Of a stretch of DNA of 41,648 nucleotides, positions 22,442 to 33,481 are shown piece by piece; positions within the stretch are counted from its first letter, which is position 1, and the number at the start of each line of letters is the position of its first letter. The notes under the pieces are model-generated. The model saw only the letters and a program-made list of their open reading frames with translations, was not told where the DNA came from and made no database searches. Source of the stretch: Nemertoderma westbladi (Eukaryota; Animalia; Xenacoelomorpha); the NCBI GenBank assembly GCA_032718475.1, contig JAUCBJ010005003.1:1-41648 (forward strand), in the 5' to 3' direction. The translations under genes were made by a program, and so were the position numbers.

Positions 22442-24460
22442 TAGAACCTTATGAACCTGAACCTAACCTGGATTGAAGAAATATTGAAACTTAAACTCGA
22501 ATCAGATATCTCCTCGAGTTTGAACTAACTGTGCCTTTTATTCTCCTCGCTTCACTAGGGAAGTAAATAATTTTGTGCATTGTACATTATACATATGGCC
22601 ATGATATTTACTTTTTTTTACTAGATAAGTCTATTGTATTTACGAAATTAACAAGTCCGTTATTAAGTTGAGTGGCTTACTACCAAAGGTCCGCGTCTAC
22701 TAACGCATGAACTGTCTCCTTGAATGTCTTACTACTGATTTTACTACCAAAACAATTCACCAGAAAATGGGATTGAACTCGGTGCCTAGATAGATATTCC
22801 AAGTCCAACGCTCTGGCAACTTCGTCACTGCGCCCTATGAAGCCTTCTTATAAAACTAAAACCCAACTGGAAACACCAACAAAAATATCGGAGTGAATAC
22901 TGTACTAGAGGTCTCACTATGTGGCCCTAAAAAGTTCGTATTTTCACCAAACAATACTCATCCCCATCACCAATTGAGAGGGAGCTTTAAAATTTATTTA
23001 TAGTATATTACTCATAGTTGTTCTGCATGTACCCTATGACCAAAACCCCTTGTCCAACATGATAGACTGGTCAGCAGCAGACACCTCCATTGCTATTGAT
23101 GTAGTTGAATTATTAATTTAATTGTATTAATTATTATTGCCAATAAAATATAAATTAATTATACCATTTACTTTTTCATGACTAAATGATAATATCGATA
23201 ATATCGCCAAAATACCGGGTACCTTACGGTACTACGACTACCGTAAGTTGGACTTGGGCCGGAGATACCTACCCTATAAGTTTTATCATCTGTGGGACGT
23301 TCTCTCACTACTTAAACAGCTTTACAACAGCTAGATTATTATCATTTACCTTTGTCTAATAATCACTAATAATGTATTATTAGTCAATACCAGTAAGTGT
23401 TCCCCCTGGTAGTGGTCCAAGGTACATCGCATTTGAGACTATTAATCTTTGAGCGTCTTTGATTAAAATCTACTTCAATATGATGTACTTATTGGTGTTT
23501 GTACATTGATAATTTGGTGTCCATTGCGTGATTACCTGGGAAATTGGCTGTTGAAACGGTATATATAATATTGTTTCTCCACAATTATTCAAATCTCTTA
23601 TTTATTGATTTGGTTATAATACCCCACTGTTGAGGGATAAGCATTGTGCTCGAAGCTTGTAGGCTATATGTCTGTACAAAATGAATAAAGTGGTAGTGGA
23701 GTTTTATCCTGTAGTTGCAGATTAACTATAATCCAGACTGTGTGGTTGAAAAGTTTACAATTTATATTAATATACTTATTTTTTCACCAGCTCATGATCA
23801 AGTATCATTTATTAATTTTAATTAATCTGTCATACTTTGCGTAAATAAGTGTATGGGGAAAAGCCATTAGCCAATTAAATGTCATACCAGTTTTAACAGG
23901 GAAATCATGTCCAATAAATCTATACATATGATATAAAGTAGCCAAAGTAGGCCTGAACTCCAGTATATTCTGTACTGATATGTTGTTAGATTGTTTTGCC
24001 AAAAGCCTATGTGAGTAACAGTAACCACAGTATGGTATTGAATATTCTTGGTTTTAAATGTTTCGCTAGAAATAATATGTATCTCACTTTGCGAATTATA
24101 AATATGTCACTAATTAATTTTAGGAAATAATTCCTACAATGATTTCAGGGCGTCATGATTCCTACTCGTCATTCATTCCTAATGTGTTTGGTGTGGAGAG
24201 TGGACTGGCTCTAATTAATGGTATTCATTGCTTTCTAAAACTTAGATACGTATAAGAAGCAATTGCCTAACTTTATATTATTTGAAATTTTTAACTTTAG
24301 AAACAAACATGCAAAGAAATATGACTAATGGGATTAAATTAAAAAATAGAGGTATAATTTGGAAGCGGTGCATCCTGTTAGGCAGCGATCTGAAGATGTT
24401 TTAACTTTAGGCCTAATACTGTATATATAGATATACATTATCAATTGATTCATTATTAAT

Positions 24461-26510
24461 ACTACTACTACTACTAGGTCCAGCGAACTCGGACAGTGGA
24501 AATGAGATCCTTCCAGGCTTCCCGATTTTCCATAGTTGTCGCAATTTCGTTTCTCCCAAGTTCAGTATCCCTTTCAAGTTGATCTATATATGTTATGGCC
24601 GGTTGTCCACGACTATGCTTTCCATGAGTTGGTTGCCAGAAAAGTAGATCTGGTATGACCTCGTCTTTACTTCGCCAGCAGTGCCCACTGAATCTTAATC
24701 TGCGTTCACAGAGGATGGTGGATACAGGCGGTATTGTACCATAAAGCTCGGTGTTTGTCATGTGTTGTATCCAGCTGATGTTTAGGGCTGCCCGTAGTAG
24801 TCTTGTGTAGCAACCATCAATTCGTTGTTCAAGTGATTTAGTCAGTGTCCAGGTCTCACCCCCGTATAAAAATACACTTTCCATTGTGGCTCGAAAGAAC
24901 TTAGTCTTCCGGTGCCTGGAGAGATCTGATTTCCAGATGGTATCCATTTTTAATAGAGCTACCCAAGCCTTTGTTTTCCTAACTTCTATGTCCTTTTTGC
25001 TACTCTCTATCCATGATCCAAGGTACTGGACGTCATCGACCTTCCTTAGTTGATTATTATCAATGGTTGTCAAGTTTCCATCAACATTAAAGGTCATGAA
25101 TTCGGTCTTGGTAGCATTTATATGCAATCCAACCTCCTTAGCAGCCCTCTCCACTTTATTTAGTAGAAGCTGTGCATCTGCTAGCATATTAGAGAGCAGG
25201 GCGATGTCATCTGCAAAGTCGGTGTCTGTCACTGTAGTTGCCGGATATCTACTACTTCTGCGTTCTTGAAGTGTGAATCCCAGATCTTCACCCTTTGTGG
25301 CCGTCCTCATTGTGTAATCCAGCACAATTACAAATAGTCATGGTGCTAATGTGTCACCTTGCAGTACGACAGCCAGGATTGAGAAAAACTCAGTTTCACC
25401 ATCTGGTGAGAGTACCTGCGCTTCTGTGTCACAATATAACAATCCAATGCCAGCAACAATTACTTCTGGTATTACATAAGCTCTTAAGATTTCAAGCATT
25501 TTACCTCTATGGATGGAGTAGAATGCCTTCTTGAAGTCCAAAGTTTATGACTGCGGGGAGATTCTTTGACTTAATTCCTTCAATCAGTCTCCGCAGTGCA
25601 AGTATCTGAGCTATTGTTGATCTACTTGATCGAAATCCGTTTTGACTCTTATGCAGTATTTTCCCTATGTGAGGCCTAATCCTATATAGAATCATTTTAT
25701 TGTATATTTTGGCAGCTACCACAAGCAGACAGATCCCACAATAGTTTGTTGGTATGCCGAGGTCTCCTTTCTTGGGGAGAGGCTTTTTTGACCTTTAGTC
25801 CAAATTGGTGGTGGCTTTTCCCCTTTTAACATCCGGTTGCAAACATTCAATAATGGTCTGTTTAGCACTCCGGTTTTCCATACCCCTCCGCTGGGATTTC
25901 ATCTAATCCACTTGCTTTACTATTGGACATGCTTTTAATGCTTCTTTGGAGTTCGGCAGGTGTGAAGTCCCCTGTTTCTATAGGAAGTGTCTTGTCATAT
26001 ATTTTCCTTGTAGGGGTGACCTCGATGTATGGTGGCTGCCCAAGCAAGTTGCTGAAGTTATTTTTCCACTTCCCAACCGTTCTTCAGGACTATCGGCTTT
26101 GAGGCGCCCCTTTGCACAACTTTTCCGACCAGATACCTCATGTACAGTTTGCCAGGTAAGTCTTGATTGTTGGTGTATGTGAGCAGTTGTAATTGCTTAA
26201 GTTTTATCCTGTTTTATCTTATACTTTTCCTGGCTGATGTTGTAGGCCAATTTAAGATCGTCCTTAGCTTTCTCAACCTTGTTAATCTTTTCGGTTGTTG
26301 GTTGTTCGGTTTTAACTTTGTAGGCTATCTTAAGATCTTCTCTCTTACAAGTAACCTCAGAGTTTTGCCATGGCACATACTGTTTTCGTTTGGGTTTCTG
26401 GGGGATATGCCTCTTAGCTGATTCCTTGTGGGCTGTTATTATATTCTGGTATATTGAATCGGTGGATTGGTCTTCATCCATTGACTGAAGTGCTTCAAAG
26501 AGGTTTTTAT
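24461..26510 (-). mobile_element. 5'-truncated, frameshifted RTE-clade LINE with (TAG)n tail
   Basis: KASGLDEIPAE, QNGFRSSRST, DFKKAF, LQGDTLAP, DFADDIALL, YLGSWI, LYGGETWTLT, RRLRFSGH, RGQP..TYIDQL; tail actactactactacta at 24461-24476; possible TSD attattaa. Confidence 0.92.
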
Positions 26511-26674
26511 GTTATTATTAATTATTATTAGTTATTATTAACACACATAGGCCTAATACTGTATATATAGATATACATTATCAATTGATTCATTATTAAT
26601 ACACAATCAGAGTTACAGATATTATTCGCATTGCTATCATCTTTATCTTTCACTTACTTTGCTAAATTGTTATA

Positions 26675-27199
26675 ATGAAGGAAATCATAGCTCTATCAGA
26701 TGTTGATGTTATTGATGATTATAAATGTACAAGTAAACCTGATGAAGACGTTCGTGATTCAACAATCATTTTAAGAAATAATTCCGGGAATATTTTATGG
26801 AGGATTATTAGACATCGGCTTACTAATACAATCCTGTTGGTTATCCAATCTTTCAGTGCAGGAATGTGTTTCTCTCTACCTGCTGCATTCTTTACTACCA
26901 GGGCTGTAACTCGAGGCTTTAATGAATCCCTTGTTGGCATACTGTTTGGTGTCTATGCTGGAATAAGGTGTCTTTCGTACATCGTTTTCGGAAATTTTAT
27001 ACCAAATATTGGGGTTAAGTTTGTATTAATATCGGGATATATATTGGCTGGTACTTGTATGGCTTTATTTGGCATATTGGATTTGGGCCCACCTGGTGTA
27101 TCTTATATTGTTCTTTGTTTCAGTTGTCGTATCATTGAAGCTTTCACCCTAGGTGGTGCCAACTTAGCTTGCTACAGCTTGGCTGGCAGTTTGTATAAG
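26675..27199 (+). CDS. SLC18B1: SLC18B1-like MFS transporter copy 4 (type B), coding exon 1
   Basis: 525 nt; donor AAG|GTGAGT at 27199/27200. Confidence 0.85.
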
Positions 27200-27847
27200 G
27201 TGAGTAATCAATCTGGAGTCATCAGACACTATTTATTTTATTGTTATATTATATTATATTTATAGTACATTTACAATTAAAAGTGTAATGTGATGGTTGA
27301 CCCAAACCTCTCTAAATGTTGCCTAATTTCGTATTATCCATATAGTAATACGACATTAGTCTGTTATAAAATAGCCAATTATGCTAAGTTAATAGTCCCA
27401 TCTTCTTACAGTTCAGTCTGAGGTTTGGATCAAAATGTGATTCACATTACTTCTTAAAATGTACCATAAATCATTGTATTAGCTATGCGATCGTAACCAT
27501 ACAATCGGGCCAGCGCATCCTGGTACTATGGGGTGAAGGTCAAACTGATCTCATATGAGTTGCAGCCCAAAGGGCAATGTCAGCGATACTAAAGCCTTAC
27601 GTAGCACTCTGCATTCCATGCTTATGCTAGGTGCACGCACTTTGGGGTTGATGTATAATTACAGTACACTACACTTGTCCCACATTGTCTAGCATCGCAT
27701 CCTAAACAATAGGATCTCCAAAATAATATATATTTATTCTGTCTCCTGGAAACCGAGACTTCATAGTAGATACTAGCTTGCTTATGGTCAAAGGTTCCAC
27801 ATGGTCAAAGGTCCCACAGGGTCAAAGCTTCCACATGGCCATAGCTA

Positions 27848-28191
27848 CCCCCCAGTTGTAATCAACCAATCAGCAATGACCTGGTTGCTGAATCAGCTGT
27901 ATGTTATGATGTATTGTACAATATGGTACACCACCGCGTTCTGTACTGAGTACCTTAATGGTCAGGGCCACCACCTTGTACAGCTGTACCTTCTAATCTA
28001 CAACCAGGGATTTCTTAGGGAGATGTCCAATTTCCACAAGTTGGCCGAGTTTATACAGTGTAATGTTATACAATATATTGTTTTAGAAATTTTAGCTTCA
28101 GTTTCATGATTATATAATAGTGTATATGCAATATAGTACAATGTCATTCATCAACCAGGTCAATGCTGATTGGTTGATTACAACTGGAGGG
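27848..28191. mobile_element. Intronic MITE-like element, paralog of 13021-13387
   Basis: Same inverted repeats (ccagttgtaatcaaccaatcagca ... tgctgattggttgattacaactgg). Confidence 0.75.
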
Positions 28192-28472
28192 GGGGGGGGA
28201 TCCCTTCAACCAATGTGAATCAAGAGCAAGAACGAGTGAATGGAAATCAAGAACGACATAAAATAATTCAAGGACGACATAATTAAATCAAGCATGATCT
28301 AAATATATCGTGTGTAACAATAATAAATCAAAACCGACATATAAATAATTGAAGAGGGACATACATAAGTTCAAGACCGAAGTAAATAAATTCAAGGCCA
28401 TTGATAATTTATCAAGAATTACAACTAGCTCAAAGTTAATACATTGTTAATGTTAATACTTGTTTCCCACAG

Positions 28473-29399
28473 AAAGAAAAAATATTTGTTTTATCACTTC
28501 TTCACAATGCCTTCTTTGGAGGAACCATGTGCGGACCTGCCCTGGGAGGAATTCTATACCAATACACCAACTTTGTTACTCCCTTTGTAATCCTTGGTGG
28601 AACAGAAGTAGTCATAGCATTGATAAACATAATCTCTCTCCCTGGCATCAAACCCAGCAAAATTGTTACCACAAAGACCATATTTGATTTACTCAAAGAC
28701 AGGGTATGTTTATCTGCTTTCTCTATGTGGTTTGTAATGGCTATGGCTATGGGCTTCTATGAAACAACATTCGCTATTCATCTTGTGAATGTATATGAAT
28801 TGTCTCCTGTAGAAGTTGGATCAATGTTTCTTATAGCTCCACTCATAAACGTTTCAACAGGATTAGCATGGGGTGCATTTCTGGCCAGATATAGAACAAT
28901 CAATACTTTGATAGTGATGATTGTTTCCCATTTGGTTGGTATAATAGGATTGTTACTGATGGGGCCATCACCTTTATTGAACTTACCAGATAGAATTAGC
29001 ATTGTGATAGTTGGAACTGCTTTATTAGGATTTGGAATGTCAATGACGACACCTTATATAGAAACGCTGCTTAAAATATACAAATACCGCCTTCAATGGC
29101 CACAAACTATCGGTAACCACACAGTTGTGATGTCCCTTGCAACCAGCACAGGGGCTTGTGGTCTGTTTATCGGTCCATTAGTTGCCGGGCCATTGGCTCA
29201 ATATATTAAGTTCCCTTTAGCTGCTACAGTTTTCTGTGGATTCAGCATTCTTGTGATGATCCCGGCTATTATATTGCTTGTTTATTATAAATACCATGGG
29301 AGGGAAATATTTTCGCGGGTTGATAATAGTGAGCAACAAATTGTTGAAGATGAAACTGAGCCTCTACTCAGTGGGTTGATTGATAAAAAAGAAACATAA
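28473..29399 (+). CDS. SLC18B1: SLC18B1-like MFS transporter copy 4 (type B), coding exon 2; spliced product 483 aa
   Basis: Acceptor ttcccacag| at 28472; open to TAA at 29397-29399. Confidence 0.88.
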   Translation, partial: KEKIFVLSLLHNAFFGGTMCGPALGGILYQYTNFVTPFVILGGTEVVIALINIISLPGIKPSKIVTTKTIFDLLKDRVCLSAFSMWFVMAMAMGFYETTFAIHLVNVYELSPVEVGSMFLIAPLINVSTGLAWGAFLARYRTINTLIVMIVSHLVGIIGLLLMGPSPLLNLPDRISIVIVGTALLGFGMSMTTPYIETLLKIYKYRLQWPQTIGNHTVVMSLATSTGACGLFIGPLVAGPLAQYIKFPLAATVFCGFSILVMIPAIILLVYYKYHGREIFSRVDNSEQQIVEDETEPLLSGLIDKKET

Positions 29400-30240
29400 A
29401 TTATACTCAATTCTAATAGATAATAGAAGTTTATATAACTGAACCTACCTACGTGATTATAATTGGTGAACATAAATCTTGACACAAACTATCTTGCTGC
29501 TTGAAAAACCCAAAATCGCCAAATCATATTTGCTGATTTGCACTTTTCTAGTACACCTTCTTGGGTATGAAGAAGACTCAGAAGAAGAGTTACTCTCATA
29601 ATGATGCTATGGAAGTAAATAATTTCGTGCAGTGTAGTTTATACACATCGCCATAATAAATAGTATACACAAGTGTTTTCAGCATTTTATTATGTGTGGT
29701 TTTTGTGTTCTTTTGTTTTCTTTGTTTTTTTGAAGGCCCTCGTGGCTACTAATTTTAGTGATTAATGTCGTGATTCAATATTTTTTGTAGTTTATGGGGG
29801 AGGGTGTAAGTCTCTAGTGTTTGCCTCAGTGGTTGATAATAAATAGTACTTATGTAGTAACATATTTTTATTATAATTGTATATCGTCATTAAAATGACA
29901 AATAATTGTAATTTCCTTGAATAAATAAATGGGAAGATAACATTTATATAATGATTTATTATGATATATATATATGCAATATCCATCGATTTTTTATCTC
30001 AAAAATCTCAAGCCCACACTCTGCTGAGTCTGCATCTTCAAGTCAGTAAAAATTAATTGTTGTTGTTACCGTACGGAGCTGCACAAGAGTATGCATGAGC
30101 TACTACTGTAGCTCATGCTGTAGCAGTGATGAGCTTGCATGCAGCTCATCACTGAAACTAATTAACTTGGAAGCCTAAATAAAACGCCATGAATATGCTT
30201 CTATACTAAATTCATGTTTGGTTATTTTACTCAATAATCG

Positions 30241-30460
30241 AGAAAGCAGATAGTTGGCCGAAGCCGGGGGCGACCCGAAGGCTCCTCTTTCGATAGCTGC
30301 TCACCGAGGGTGGGGGTGGGTTCTACTCCATCTGCTACCCGAGGGTAGGAATGGGCGCTACTCCTATCCCAAGTGTTGCTCCCAGTAATTTTACTCATTT
30401 TATTCACACCAGTGGATTAAAGGCTCAATAGACCCCAGCAGGGCTCGAACCTACAACCAA
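30241..30460 (-). mobile_element. tRNA-derived SINE remnant with Meta/Sauria-like core
   Basis: B box GGTTCGAGCCC (reverse complement of 30441-30451) followed by AGCCTTTAATCC...TAAAATGAGTA core. Confidence 0.65.
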
Positions 30461-31185
30461 TAGATAGATCTTATTACAGACTTTCATCTTTGTAGTTTCA
30501 ACTCAAAAAAACCCCTTAAAGACAAAACGAGAGGTTATCTTCTAACCATTGTTGTCCACCTCCAATGCTACAAGTTCGCCTCTCTCAGGCTTCATTAAAA
30601 AGCAACAATTATTTTTGAAAATAATTCTTTATTTTGGCATACAGTAATGCATCTCAATTTCTTTTCCTTCATGATTTTAATTTCGCATTCTTACGAAAGC
30701 TTTTGTCTACTTTATTATTGGGCAAATCCACAAATCTACATCTACAACTATATATTTAACATCAACAAAAAGTTATAATAATATGAAACCACTCATTCAC
30801 CCATAATACTAATAAAAGATAAGAAAATGTCATAAGGAAATCATTATAGAGTGAAATTCAAACCCGTTACGGTAGGCTAATTCTCTCCAAAATCAGCACA
30901 AAACGTGAAGATTAAGTTTAGCTACTTCCATCGCAGTTCCACCTTGCGTAGCAGCGCTTTAAATATATAGTTTTTTTTAGTACAATCGATTACTAGCTAA
31001 TTTATTCTCATAATATTTCCCACAATCTTGAACAAATTCATGTTTGGAGTATATTACCTCAAAAAATCAGGATTATACGGATATAATACTGGTTTGTTGC
31101 CCCAGCAATGTGTAAACAAAAAGCAAGAATTAATGATAAACTATAATATTCTTTTAATTCTCCAGGATAATGCACATTTTATAAC

Positions 31186-32260
31186 TTATCTGTGATACAC
31201 AAAGAAACAGTCCCCTGAAATACACAAGCCATGTAGTTTTGAACAGGAAACACATTGGTATCGTGACTCGTTTCTAATTCTACCCCTCCAACAAACTCGA
31301 CATCTCTTTTGTGGTGCCCTCGATTTTTCCGTTGGCAGAATTTTTTCAAGTTTGTGAACAACATCAGCTGGAACCACTAGTCCTATTGAAGGCGGAGCTT
31401 TCCTTTTCCTTTCTGAATAAGTAGAAGGTACCTTAGTCAGGTGTTCAACCACAGCATGAATAAGGAAATCAGGAAAATGTAAACGGTATTTTCCATTCTC
31501 AGTTTTGTACCGTATCGAATATATTCATTGAGCAATAACCGTTCAGTGAAATGTAGTCCAGGTTTTTTTGACCATCTGTATGATTTACGGCAGCAATCAG
31601 CTGACGAGATAATTTGGTCGGTTACATCAACACCACCCATATTGTAATTGTACAAATGGCCTTTGGTTTCTTAGGTGAAGTTTTCACTGGCAACATTCCG
31701 AGTATCCTCCACTTCCCCCGCATTATCAATTGTTGAAATGAAGTAGATTTGTTTCTTATCGCGGAATTTGATCATTAGTACCAGTCCCTTTCCATAATCA
31801 TTCCTTAAATCTGAAGAAGAATTTGGAAGCAGTTATTTATCTTTACATTCGTCCGGTACTCCCCTTTTCGCTTGAAGGGTTCCTCTCATTCCAGTATCCC
31901 GTGAGTGAAGGTAGGTTGATAGGCAGAGGCTACAGTACCAGTTATCCAATGTAACATTATAACCTTTATCTAACAGTTCAGTTACACTCAGAAGAGCAAC
32001 AACCACTTTCTCTGATTTGGATATACTTTGTGCATTGGGCTCAGAAGTTCAGAAGCTCAATGTCCTCCCCAGCTCCATAATAAACAATGACACTGACGAA
32101 GTAACCATGGGAATCAGATAGTATAAATAACTTTATCCCAAAACGTGCTCTTTTTATTCGGATGAACTGTCTAAAGTGTAACCTCCCCTTAAATAATAGG
32201 AGTGACTCATCAAGCGACAGTTCTTGATTGTACGTACACTGCCAATGTTTTATGTAGTTC
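31186..32260 (-). pseudogene. piggyBac (PGBD4-like) transposase remnant, N-terminus missing
   Basis: LSLDESLLLFKGRLHFRQFI..KRARFGIK, TLDNWY (31935-31952), YNYNMGGVD.TDQ, C-terminal Cys-rich RCRVC...YQCVSC...LC...CF.VYH; multiple frameshifts. Confidence 0.92.
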
Positions 32261-33080
32261 AACGAAGGTAAAAATATCGAGAGTAAAAATATCGAGAGTA
32301 AAAATACCGCGAGATGAAAAATATCGAAAATAACGAGTGTTGAAAATTATCGAGAGTAAAAATATCCAGTGTTGAAAACACTGAGGTTCACCAAGGTTCC
32401 ACCTTGGTGTAGTGGTTGCATTGAATTCACATCTCCCGTAGGTCGTGGGTTCGATCCTCACATGGGCCAGGGCAGTTTTTGTTTCGGCACGAATGCTTTA
32501 AAGGGACCAGCCAGGGCGCATCTCTGCCTTGCATCCTTAAGTGGTAGCTAAATGAGTACTGGAGTTTCCTCTGGGGAGTAAAGTTCTGGGGGGACCGCGC
32601 ACTGGAAATAAGTCGTCAGACTTTGTGCGTAATCCCTGGCCTAGTGGCCGAAGAAAATTTACTTTTACTTTAAAAATATCGAGTGTTAAAAAATATCGAG
32701 AGTAATAATATCGAGAGTAATAATATCGAGTGTTGAAAAATATCGAGAGTAAAAATAACGAGTGTTGAAAAATATCGAGTGTTGAAAACATCGAGAGTAA
32801 AAATATCGAGTGTTGAAAAATATCGAGAGTAAAAATATCGAGTGTTGAATAATATCGAGAGTAAAAATATCGAGTGTTGAAAACATCGAGAGTAAAAATA
32901 TCGAGTGTTGAAAAATATCGAGAGTAAAAATAACGAGTGTTGAAAAATATCGAGAGTAAAAATAACGAGTGTTGAAAAATATCGAGAGTAAAAATAACGA
33001 CTGTTGATAAATATCGAGTGTTGAAAAATATCGAGAGTAAAATTATAGAGTGTTTGAAAAATATCGAGAGTAAAAAATAT
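32261..33080 (-). repeat. Left satellite arm: 15-bp (TATCGAGAGTAAAAA) and 17-bp (TATCGAGTGTTGAAAAA) units, interrupted by a SINE
   Basis: Read directly; reverse complement of the array at 33482-35379. Confidence 0.95.
32381..32671 (+). mobile_element. Apparently full-length tRNA-derived SINE inserted in the satellite
   Basis: A box TGGTGTAGTGG at 32405-32415; B box GGTTCGATCC at 32448-32457; core ctctgccttgcatcc...taaatgagtac at 32522-32560; tail (TTTAC)n. Confidence 0.85.
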
Positions 33081-33481
33081 TGCATTTTGCATGAGCATTT
33101 TATTTAGAATTATGGGACAATATTGCAGTGCATGGGTTACAACAGTGCAAGTGCAAATAAATGGCATTAATACAACCTTGGGTACCCATTTAACAGATTT
33201 ATTATACTAGCTAGTTTTTGCTATTTTTTATATATATATTATAGAAGAAATGCTAGCTATAAATTTTGGTAAATATTTTTGATCTAGAACACATTTTTTA
33301 GTTCTACATCACATTTTAAATTTTTGAAAATAACTAGTATTTTCTAATTCTTTTTATAAATGTTATAGAACACGTGTAAGCTACCAATGTTGATAAATAT
33401 TTTTGTTCAAGAACACATTTTTTGTTCTACTGTAGAACATTTTTAGAAAAAATATTATCATGCAACCCTTATTTTAAAAAA

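Larger units (their letters stand above)
22540..30435 (+). repeat. Segmental duplicate of 9745-16920 (intergenic + type B gene + 3' flank); 21649-22523 likewise duplicates ~7214-8100
   Basis: Collinear high identity by eye, broken only by the RTE (24461-26510) and by the SINE/CR1 block (15160-16620) that replaces 29920-30080. Confidence 0.9.

Noticed and set aside
24409-26603. ~52-bp repeat on both sides of the RTE as a giant TSD
   Set aside because: The same tandem duplication exists without the RTE upstream of copy 2 (11649-11755), so it predates the insertion
30857-30880. Terminal repeat of the decayed piggyBac (cccgttacggtaggc)
   Set aside because: It is preceded by TTCAAA rather than TTAA and no partner end is in the window; plausible but unsupported
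32395-32470. Functional tRNA gene (also 10001-10076 and 22760-22835)
   Set aside because: A and B boxes are present but no clean cloverleaf; 32395-32470 continues into a SINE core and tail, and the other two are degenerate SINE-like heads
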